Shown here in pieces: positions 1 through 9,932 of a stretch of 37,076 nucleotides of DNA. Both the position numbers and the translations under genes were made by a program. The DNA comes from Folioceros fuciformis (lineage: Eukaryota), in NCBI GenBank assembly GCA_049999805.1, contig JBNGIO010005977.1, positions 1 to 37,076 of the forward strand. The letters are read 5' to 3'. The notes under the pieces were generated by a model. It was not told the origin of the DNA and ran no database searches. It was given only the letters and a program-made list of their open reading frames with translations. The first letter of the stretch is position 1. Each line of letters opens with the position of its first letter.

Positions 1-268
1 TTTGCAACGGTATTGATGATAATTTCTTGGTTTTCAAATTTTACCATTCTAATTTTATACTTATTAACAACAGAATAATAAAGATATTAATTTTATTCAA
101 ATATATAAGTAGTAGGTCTTAATCACTACCTATCTAATCAACACAGCACTCTACTTACCTAGACAGACACATGCTCTAGAAATGTGCAGCATTTTAGCTC
201 TGCTGCAAGTGTGCAAGTACCCCGTATGAGCTTTCACATTCACACTATGCCAAATTCAAAATGACTGA

Positions 269-396
269 CTTGGCTTGCTTCCTGGTGAATGTAAGCAATT
301 ACTCTACTTAGCTTGCTTCCTGGTGAATGTAAGCAATTGCTCTACTTAGCTTGCTGCCTGGTGAATGTAAGTAATTGCTCTACTTAGCTTGCTTCC
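269..396. repeat. 38-bp tandem repeat, ~3.4 copies (cttagcttgcttcctggtgaatgtaagcaattgctcta)
   Basis: Unit starts at 269, 307, 345 and 383 with few mismatches; ends ~23 bp upstream of the SSNA1 ATG. Confidence 0.95.
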
Positions 397-419
397 AAGT
401 GGATGCAGCGAGCCAGATA

Positions 420-743
420 ATGGCAGTGAAAGGGCAAGCTCTTCAAAACTATAACATGGAGCTCGTGCACCGTTAGCTCTCATTTTGATTCTCATGTTTC
501 TTTTCCTTTTCCAAACATGTTTGAGGTTCTTCTCAACTCAACCCAACATTATGCCTCACAATTGTAACCCATACTCGGCACCCATCACCCAGGTATCGAG
601 GAATTGCGGGAGAAAAGAGACGAGATCAAGAAGATACTACAAATTGAAGAGGAAGAGAAAGCTAACATCCAAAAAGATCTCATCGTGCTTACCAAGAGAT
701 TAGCAGAAATTGATGACAGTTTGTCTCGCAAGTATGCTTATAC
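420..743 (+). CDS. SSNA1: SSNA1/NA14/DIP13 family coiled-coil centriole/flagellar microtubule protein, 5' part (truncated by assembly gap)
   Basis: Exon 1 420-471 (ATG..CAC C|GTTAG), intron 472-592 (..CCCAG), exon 2 593-743. Joined: MAVKGQALQNYNMELVHRIEELREKRDEIKKILQIEEEEKANIQKDLIVLTKRLAEIDDSLSRKYAY, matching the family pattern 'QGAALQNYNNELVKCIEEL..KREE...I..EEEEK..IQ..I..LT.RL..IN.SLARK' (recalled from human SSNA1/Chlamydomonas DIP13). Confidence 0.88.
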
Positions 744-843
744 NNNNNNNNNNNNNNNNNNNNNNNNNNNNNNNNNNNNNNNNNNNNNNNNNNNNNNNNN
801 NNNNNNNNNNNNNNNNNNNNNNNNNNNNNNNNNNNNNNNNNNN
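744..843. other. Assembly gap (100 N)
   Basis: Exactly 100 N, a typical unknown-size scaffold spacer; the sequence after it does not continue SSNA1. Confidence 0.98.
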
Positions 844-1767
844 TCTTTCATTCATTCACTCATCCTTCCTTCCTTGTAGCTCCATGTCCATAGCATTTCA
901 TTTGGGTTTTGCTTTCAGTTCAACGATTTGTTGAACTTCTTGCTTCATTTGCAGATACTTGAAAGCTCACAAGCTCTTTTGCATGTGCTAAAGAGCGAAA
1001 CCACACAAATATCTCGAGGCAGTAGGTGAAAGACACTACTATTTCTAGGTTGCAATATCTCACTTTGTTGGGTGAAATGAGATGGTAGATTGTGCACAAC
1101 ATCTCTTATCTTTACCCTCTCACATTCCTCATTTCTTATGTGATTTTGCACAATGTAAGTCAAAAACCCACAAGCAATTAGAATCCATAGGTCATGTAAA
1201 CAGCCCCTAAGTTATCTCATAATTGATGGGTTGATCCATCTCTTTGTAGTTAATAAAACGATAAGACATTAACTATAAACCCCTTATGTATGTGATGTTC
1301 ATGTTAAAACTAAGATGAATGCCAAATACTTTTCTTTCTAGACTAAAGGTCTAGACCGTATCTAGTCTTTTGAGACAAATTTGGCACTAACTTTTGATAC
1401 CATTTACATCTATGATATGCAACTATTTTTTATCGTAAACAATCTCACATTGTTTTCTCAATCTTTGATGCACCATATTACATGATTTTCTATTAATTTA
1501 ATTCAAATAATTAGTTTCATAATTTTAGTTCAATCATGGCTAAGTAAGAGTCTTGTCACGTACTTCATGTATTTTCTAAACTAAAGTTTTAGTTGTTTAA
1601 CATAAATAATACTGAAAAATAAAAAAGAGCTAGAAATCCTAACTAGCCACCTTTTTCTAATTTCTAGACTAGTACCTTAAATGTGTGAAATAAAAAAAAC
1701 CAAGAAAAAGATAGAAAGAGAAGAAAGAAGAGAGAGATTTTAAACAATTACCTATTAGATATTTTGG

Positions 1768-2895
1768 TCACAACTTCAAATGTGAGCACATAAATGGGTC
1801 GAGACAATGAAGGAGTTGTTTCAACCGCCTTACATCTTCTACATTTTTTGGTTTAAGATAAAGGACTCCAAAATTATTGAATGTTAGAGAGTGAGCCCGA
1901 GTCTTGTTTAGTTTATCAAATCTCTCCTCAGCTGGTAATTTTATCCTTTGATTCATTATATCTAATTTACGTGTACAAAGATGAGGATATTTCTTGGTTT
2001 TTTTATTTAAAATTTTTACATTAACCTTTTCAATAAATTTTACTTTATTTTTCTTTGTGTCCTTAAGAACATTGGTATTTTCATCCTTTTTACTTTTTAC
2101 CACTTGTTGCTTCATTGTTCCCACCTGTTCCTTAGGAGGCCTCATTTCTTCTTGTTCTAGTGGTAACAATCTGTGAGGCTGTTTATCTTGATTTAATGAC
2201 GATGGTGTATTTGTAGGTGCAATAGTAGTAGTAGTAGAAGCAGCACCATTGATTTTCAAATTCTCCGATTTAGGTTTATTGTTGTCTCTTGCTTGGTCAT
2301 ATGAACTTGCCTTACTATCAGCAAGCTCTTTGCAATAACCCAACAATCCACTCTCTCCAGCACCAACAAATTTCATGAACTCTGTAATGTTAGTGAAGGA
2401 AGGTTTGGACCCATTTCGTGGATCATTAGGATAGAGCTTTCCAAGTGCCCATAAGTCCAAATTCTTATCACCTCTTGTTCTACGTTCTTCGGAACTAATG
2501 GACTTATCAAGCTTACTCTTATCATTCTGAAAAATAAGTCTGTAATCAGTGTCAAGTTTAACATGCAATGTCCATTCAGTTTTTGTTTGGTTTTTTCTTC
2601 TCTTGCTACTATCAGAGGCTCTAGTCTGGAATCCTGTCAAGTCTTTGATGTTGGCTACAATAGATGCTCTCACAGTTTTCAAAGGAGCTACTTTTTTAAT
2701 GGTTCCAATTATTGACGCTCTAGCTTTCTTTAATGGCACTTTGATACTTTCATGAATCGATGCTCCTAATTCAGGCACTCGTTGTAGAATGGACCTGCGC
2801 ACAGGCATGCTCTTCATAGAAATGATAGATGTCCTAACCTTTTCAGTTAAAGATCTTCCTTTCACTGTTTCAAATAAAGTGAGCCTTGGATCCAT
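1768..2895 (-). CDS. Unassigned 375-aa Lys-rich ORF in AT-rich block (possibly transposon-associated or decayed)
   Basis: 1128-nt stop-free frame from ATG in AT-rich DNA, where random ORFs would be short. Internal repeat PLKKARASIIGTIKK/PLKTVRASIVANIKD. No family recognised. Confidence 0.4.
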   Translation of the reverse strand: MDPRLTLFETVKGRSLTEKVRTSIISMKSMPVRRSILQRVPELGASIHESIKVPLKKARASIIGTIKKVAPLKTVRASIVANIKDLTGFQTRASDSSKRRKNQTKTEWTLHVKLDTDYRLIFQNDKSKLDKSISSEERRTRGDKNLDLWALGKLYPNDPRNGSKPSFTNITEFMKFVGAGESGLLGYCKELADSKASSYDQARDNNKPKSENLKINGAASTTTTIAPTNTPSSLNQDKQPHRLLPLEQEEMRPPKEQVGTMKQQVVKSKKDENTNVLKDTKKNKVKFIEKVNVKILNKKTKKYPHLCTRKLDIMNQRIKLPAEERFDKLNKTRAHSLTFNNFGVLYLKPKNVEDVRRLKQLLHCLDPFMCSHLKL

Positions 2896-3495
2896 TTAAG
2901 ATGTTCCTCAAGGTGATGTACAGAATGTGCATCTCAAAATGCTGATACAAAATCACATACCATGTAGTAGAAAGAAGTAAGGTTAGGATTGGAAAAGCAT
3001 ACCTAAACTTGGCACAAGATATATGTGTAGGATATAGTTGATGTGTTGATGGAATCGTTAGAAGGAAGGATAATTACTCTTGAATTTTTGTTGGTTGATT
3101 CTTGTGAATTGCTTCCACACTTCTTCATCTGGGCACAACTATTAACAAACTACTTAGCTTAATCTCTTCACATTAAGATGTGAACATACAATAAGAACAA
3201 CTTTTTGTTACCTATGTATAAGCTTGTGAGTATCAAGAATTTATATAAAAAGATATAAAATATATTCAGATATTTTAATACATAAAAATATGAAATTATA
3301 TATACTATTTTTTATTTATTAAATCATAATTATTTAATAAAAAATAATTCTTTATATCACTTGTGAACTTTTATCCTCAATCCTCCAACTTGGGCAATTG
3401 AGAGGTTAGGTATACCCTTAATTTCCCCTTGCTATTGAGACTCGTGGGGCTATGTGCAAGACATTATCCAAGTTTCTTGAAATACGAACCAAGGT

Positions 3496-3719
3496 AATGG
3501 AGTTGGTCTCCTAGTCTCCCTTTGTCTCATTGTGTGGCTTTCTTCTAAGAAGAATGAACTTGGTCTCCCAAGGCAATGAAGTTGGTCTCTTAGTCTCCCT
3601 TTGTCTCATTGTGTGACCTCCTTCCAAGGACAATGAACTTGGTCCCCCGGGGCAATGGAGTTGGTCTCCCTTTGTCTTACTGTGTGGCTTCCTTCCAAGA
3701 ACAATGAACTTGGTCCCCC
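3496..3719. repeat. 79-bp tandem repeat, 3 copies (third with a 9-bp deletion)
   Basis: Units 'aatggagttggtctc(ctagtctc)cctttgtctcattgtgtggc..aatgaacttggtc' start at 3496, 3575 and 3654. Confidence 0.93.
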
Positions 3720-3940
3720 TCTATCCTATATTGTGAGTAAGTGCTAACAAAGGTATTGTTCCTTCTTCTAAGGAGAAGGGTGTTGGGAAACACTCCGGTA
3801 GGACAAGGCATGGGACATGGTAGGCAGTTCTTTTATCACGTTGGATTGGATGTTGTTGGTAGCTTTTTTTATAGAGGGTGGGCTTGGGCTACCCTCTTTG
3901 AGATAGATGCCTTGTGGTTTTTTTTTTTGTGGATGGATTT

Positions 3941-4000
3941 TTTAGGTTTAGGTTTAGGTTTAGGGTTCTTTTTTATTCAAATATATATATATATATATAT
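3941..4000 (+). repeat. Telomere-like (TTTAGG)3TTTAGGG followed by (AT)n microsatellite
   Basis: tttaggtttaggtttaggtttaggg at 3941-3965; atatat... at ~3981-4000. Confidence 0.85.
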
Positions 4001-4035
4001 TTGGTTTTTAATCCACGACAATGTGGATGTCTATG

Positions 4036-4136
4036 GATTGATATCTCTTTTTTTCTTCTCCAAAAAGTGATTGATATCTCTTTTTTCCTTCAACAAAAAG
4101 TGATTGATATCTCGTTTTTTCTTCAACAAAAAGTGA
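4036..4136. repeat. 33-bp tandem repeat, 3 copies (gattgatatctctttttttcttcaacaaaaagt)
   Basis: Visible directly; also seen as IDISFFL(L/Q)QKV x3 in ORF 3914..4195. Confidence 0.92.
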
Positions 4137-4758
4137 AGGCTCTGGCTGGGCGCTTAGCAAGGTGTGTACGGAAAGTGAGCTGGTACGGAAAGTGAGTTGG
4201 TTGGTAGCACGTGTTATGCACGCAGGATTTCCTTTGGTATAGAAAAAGGTTTAAAAGAGGGAGGAAAATGGCGATGGACAGCGCGAAAGGTTGTGCGAAC
4301 TTCCGACCGTACGTGGGCGGCCTCCATCCGCCAATTTGGTGTGAAAGCGCCAAGTCCTGGACCCGGCGCCACCCACGGCCGCCTGCAATGACATGGGCAT
4401 CTGCAAAACCATTGACTCCAGTCGCAATTATCCTGGCGAAGATGCAAGCCTTCAATGAACCAGCGCCGACTCTACAGCGCAAGCATATAAGATCGACGAA
4501 TCAGGACTGTGGCTACAGAACATGGCGCCACCTCGCTCTGACACCAGCTGCAATCTGTCACCTGGAGGCTGCTGCACTGTGCCAAGGTTGTGCATGCAGT
4601 GCTAGAAGAATCACAGGATCCCGGCTGTGCATCATCCCGAGCCTGCACGCATGGTGGGCTGGCGGGGGCGGGTCGTGAACCTCTGAGTTGCAGTCACGGT
4701 GTTCCGCTCCGTCGCTGGGAGGGCGGGTACAGCTGGTTTCTTGCCCGCGGACACGAGC

Positions 4759-7075
4759 ATGGTGAGGTGGCTGGCGGGTCTGGTTTCGGGGTGGGAAGGA
4801 AGGGCCCAGGCAGCCAAGTCTCGGGACCCCGAGCTGGCGAGTGCGGGCAGGACGCGGACGGGAGACGGGTCCGTGGATTGCTGGGGCCAGGCTGCGGACA
4901 AGGCCACGACAGGGAGATGGAGATCAGCGGTCTTGATTTTCGGTGCTGTTCGGTGCTCGCTCCTTGTGCGTGTCGTGCGTGCTGATGTTCGGTGGCTGAT
5001 GATGCGCTGAATGTGTGTGTGATATGATGTCGTCAGCCATGGAGTTCTGCGAGAGGTTAGGGGCTCTCGGGATCTCCCTCAACCTGATCACGTATCTGGT
5101 GGAGAACATGAATATCGAGTTGAGCAGGGCGGCTAACATTGTCACCAACTTTGTTGGAACTTTGTACATCACAAGTCTGGTGGGAGGATTTCTGGCAGAT
5201 TCTTGTGTGGGACGGTTCTGGACGATCGCTGTGTCTAGCAGCATCCAATTTCTGGTACGTACGTTGTGCTCGTCGGGAGGTGGAGAATTGCTAGCGCTGC
5301 GTTGTCGTGTTGTCGTCGCTGAATTCGTTCCGTGTGTAGGGAATGGCACTCTTATCACTCTCGGCGTCGTTGCCTGCCCTCCGGCCCGAAAGCTGTGGGA
5401 CTGCTCCGACGTGCCGTCCCACACACGGACATCGTCTGGTGGTGCTGTATGTGGCGCTGTACGTCATCGCCCTGGGATCGGGAGGAATCAAACCGAATGT
5501 ATCAGCTTTCGGTGCTGACCAGTTCGATAGGACTGACGAACGGGAGAGCAGGCAGCTCGGACCTTTCTTCAACGTCTTCTTTTTCTTCCTCAGCGTTGCC
5601 GCCGTCATTTCAGTGACCGTGTTGGTGTGGGTTCAGGTAGTATCATCCGTCAAGATGCCGTTTATGTTACATTCTACTGCTGTCACGTACCTCCGTCCGC
5701 TTGGGATTTGGTTTCCCGAATCATTCAGCGGGGAGCAGGGAATGAGAAGGTGGTGATTATTTCTTTTTGACAGGACAACGTGGGCCGAGGGTGGGGCTTC
5801 GGGGTCTCCGCAGGGATCATGTTGGTAGCTTTGATTTTCTTTATTCTGGGCCGGTCCGTGTACAGATACAAAAACCCCAACGGAAGCCCTTTCACCCACA
5901 TAGCCAGAGTGCTGGTGGCAGCAATCCGCAACAGGAATCTCGGCAAAAGGTCGTCACGGGTATTTGAATTGGATGATGCCAGCCGACTCACATCAGGGAA
6001 GGAGAAAGTGGGCCACACCAACCAATTTGGGTGCGTTCTCGACAGAAACTTAACGTGAGCCTTCTTCTTGTTTGGACGTCATGTCGTGTTTGTCATCGAA
6101 TTCTGACCCCGGACCGGCTCTCCTTGAATGTACAGGTTCTTAGACCGAGCTGCATTAGTTGACCCCCACCGCGATGAATCAGCACTGGCAGCAAAGCATG
6201 CTTCGTGGAGGCTCACAACCAGAACGGAAGTGGAAGAAGTGAAGCAAGTGTTGCGTATCCTCCCGGTGTGGGTCTTCACAGTCCTGTTCTATACTGCCTA
6301 CGCACAGCTTACCACCTTCACTGTGCAGCAGAGTGTGACAATGAACCGCCGGTTCGGCCCAGCAGACAGCCACAACTTTCAGATTCCTTCTGCATCCGTG
6401 TCTGTTTTCCTGGAGATCGGAATCATAGCACTCTTGTTGCTTTATCAACCTGCAATCGTCCCCATTGCACGCTACCTCACGGAACAGGATACGGGACTTA
6501 CGTCACTGCAGAGGATAGGGGCAGGTCTTTTCTTTGGGATAATAGGGATGATCGTTGCTGCTGCTGTGGAACTGAAGAGAATACACAAGGTGCGCTCATA
6601 TGGAGTCACAGACAATCCCACGGGAAAGGTTCCCTTGAGTGTGTTCTGGCTGCTACCTCAATTCGTCATCATCGGCATTGGTGAAGGTCTTCTCTATGTA
6701 GGGCAGCTCGAATTCTTCTACAAGGAGTCTCCAGACGGGATGAGGTCCTTCGGAACTGCTCTGTTTATCACGTCCATCTCTCTGGGCTTCTTCACCAGCA
6801 CTGGCTTCGTCACCCAAGTAAACAAATATTCTAAAGGAGATTCTCATCCCAACGGCTGGCTGGGTAGCCTCAACCACGCGCAGCTGTACAAGTTCTACTG
6901 GCTGCTTGCCATCGTCAGTGCCATCAACTTCGTCTTCTTTCTCTGTGCCGCGAAGTGGTACAGATACAAGAAGGTGGACACACGTTTCCAGGACCAGAAC
7001 AATCTCCCCAGTACCAACACCACACAACCACATGATCCCAGCCTCCTTCCACCGCCTCCTCTGCAACATGGTTGA
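4759..7075 (+). CDS. NPF (NRT1/PTR/POT) transporter, NPF6/NRT1.1-like, copy 1
   Basis: Exons 4759-4942, 5037-5254, 5340-5636, 5774-6030, 6136-7075, all GT-AG and frame-consistent. Motifs: TGRWRSAVLIF, EFCER (ExxER), GGFLADSCVGRFWT, GSGGIKPNVSAFGADQFD, FLDRAA, TEVEEVK, LQRIGAG, GQLEFFYKESPDGMRS. Confidence 0.95.
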
Positions 7076-9932
7076 CATGACATGATTGTTCCCACAACAC
7101 AGTCACCACCATCGAACATGAACTTTACTTCTATCGAGTCCCGCAATGTGCAAATCCATAGTCTCGTGAAAACTTAGAGGTGCTGTTGCTAGCTTTGGGA
7201 TATGCCAAGCTCAACACCTCACTTCCTGGTGACCAGTGTACATCAGGCGCTAGTGGTGGCAGGTACAATGGATTGGGAAACCACACAAGTGTCAAGCCTG
7301 AAATCCAATGGCATGCAGAACCTTTTCAGTACGGCTCGGAAAGGCATTCTTGTGTATGTCGCGCCGATGGCTGTCCTCTCTCGGATCAGCCCGCTTACAT
7401 GTGCAGCTGGCATCACCACCTTCACCAACCTACGGTACCACTCCCAGCACCAACCCCCTTCACTCTCTTCACCTTACCTGAAAGCGACGGCGGGCGTCAT
7501 GAAAGGGTCCATTCGCATGCGCCAGGTATGCTTCCAGAGGAGATGTTCTCACGACTGTGCCGAAATCTACCCACTCACCACATTGACGACTTCTTCTCAC
7601 AATGTGCAACTGTCGAATCTGCATCAGTCATTCACTGTGAGAAGTGTTTGTACGGTATGTTTATCCTGTCTGCTGTTGCCATAGCATTGAACACAAAAGC
7701 CTTTGCACCTTGTTACCCAGGACTAGAAAAACTGGTCTCGTACATCAGGGAGAAACATTTTCCTCAGGGCACAAGGAGGGCTCCACATGGCCAAACATCA
7801 AACCCGTCCAGAAATCGTTCAGGACACGGCTCTGCTGGCTGTGGCCGGTGGGTGCTTGGGTGGTCAGAGTTCATCCCTCCCATGAGGGTTCCGCGAAAGG
7901 TGACATGTCTGTGAAGGGTCTGTAAGAGCGCACCGCCCATTCCTCGTTCATCCCGCCGTCTGATCCCTCGTTTAAGACGCGGGGTGGAGGCCATGTGAGG
8001 AGAGCCGACCCCACAGACTGGCACAAGGCACGCTGGCGGTGCACCATGTCGTCCAAAAGCTGGCAGCAAGGACATTCCGATTCCAGAATTTCGAATCAGG
8101 ATGCTCCTTCCCCTTCAGCTAAACCACCAGAAGGATGCGGTTGGTGCAGAATTTGTGTACTACCAAACCGACCATGGCCTGCATCTCCTCAACGGTCCCC
8201 TGGAAAGACGGCACCAGAGGTAGCTCTTGCTGCTGTTGTTGTTGCTGTTGTCGTTGCCGATGCAATTAGTGGCTCCTCACTCCTCGTTACAACGGAGTGT
8301 GGACCATGGTTGAGTAAGTTGAATCCATCGTTGTTCCAGATTGATCTCCACCCTCATGAGTCCAGATTTTCCTTCCACATGTTGTGATGCGCAAAGGACT
8401 CGGCATCTGCCCCTCTCCGACTGAACTCTGTGGTGGGTGTGTCACCAATATGGGAACAACCAGCTAATCCATGGCTCACAGCGCATCTCACAAGAGAACT
8501 CTGCTTTCTCCACACGCTTCCAGCCATCAGAAATACAGCTCGCCCGGAACATTGCAAAACAGGTTCAGCAGCAAAACACACTTGTATCCCTGGGCCCACT
8601 CCAGACCTCGGAGGTCATGTATGTACATACATATCCCCTTCATGCATTGTCCTTCAGACAAAGACTTCGGACTGGACGAGCCTTGGGTTTGTGAGCAGGT
8701 CCTGTGTGTTTGAGTGATCCTGATTCTGACAGAAGATCTGTGATCCCAACTCCTAAATCATGACAAGACTTGGGGCTCTGTTTTGGGCGCCCTGACATGA
8801 GATGAGATACCGCCTCTTGCACATACGTAGACAAGGCTGCCACATGCGTGAGACGTGACTTCGGAGTCATCAGCCAGTGCCGGCAGTGACCCTACCGGCG
8901 GAGAGTCCGCTATTGGAGCTTTATCTGAGACTGCCCACCAACAGAGAATTGTATCCTCTCCAGATTCTGATCCACTGTATCACCCAATAGATGAAGATTT
9001 CAGAATAGAGTTCCTGCGGCAGGCCAGGTGCTGGATGAGGAGACACGGCCCCGTCGCCATCCAGCTTAAGCTTCCTGAAGGAGGTGCTCTGCCAGATGGT
9101 CCCATAGCTGAGCTTCCTTGCTGTGAAGAGAAAAGCCTAGCACACTTCGCTTAGCCGGCGCCGTAGTAGTTCAGCTTGCTGGCCGATTAGCATTCTTGAG
9201 CCCGTGCTAAATGGGAGGCTGAATGTCCAGCGGAGACGTGTGCCATACAGTTCTGCATTCAATTTCCGAGTTCTGTTGTCGGTGCTCATCGTGGTGGAAA
9301 TGATTAAGATTTGTGAGTACGATCCTCACATGGGACCACAATCCGCAGTGTGGATGTCGTGGAGGACTGTGAGCACATGCTGGAGTTGTTTGGAATACTT
9401 CTAACCAATGATGGAGAGTTCGAGAAGGAGAGTACTCTTCCAATCCTACCAGGTGAAGGCCGACTCCATGTCTCAGAACAGAGGTGCTCGAAAAGAATGC
9501 CCCAACTGTTGGTACAAATGGACTGATCGCTAGCATCCCATTCAATTCAAGCCTTCCGGCTTCTGTGACACTTTTTCTATCCTCTCGTGCTAATCAGACC
9601 GAGCCTGCGCGTCTGGATTGCGATTTGCCCACTACCATCATTTGCTGTTTTGCTGTCTTCAGCTGTGCCTGCAGTTCTGAAGAATGAGCCAGACTGAGTT
9701 CAAGTTTTTGTTCGCACATTGGTCGTGGCCTGCGTCTGAAGCGGACGATGCGGAATCGTCCGCTGCTGCTCTGAAGTCAGCCTGCTAAGGAGATGGAAAT
9801 TGCTGGTCGTGTGTGTTTTTTATCACAGGTTCGGATGCTGGAGACCGAGAGGACAGATAATAGGCCAGGCCTTCTTCGAATCGATTAAACGCCTAGAGCT
9901 TCTTACCCGTGGGGCGGGCAACCATTTCGAAG

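Noticed and set aside
269..396. 38-bp repeat as a CRISPR array
   Set aside because: Head-to-tail units with no spacers.
3741..4195. Hydrophobic ORFs 3741..4070 and 3914..4195
   Set aside because: Translations of microsatellite, telomere-like and 33-bp tandem repeats.
7180..7914. 244-aa ORF as a standalone gene
   Set aside because: Starts at GTG, no domain recognised, overlapping ORFs in several frames; kept only as a low-interest finding.
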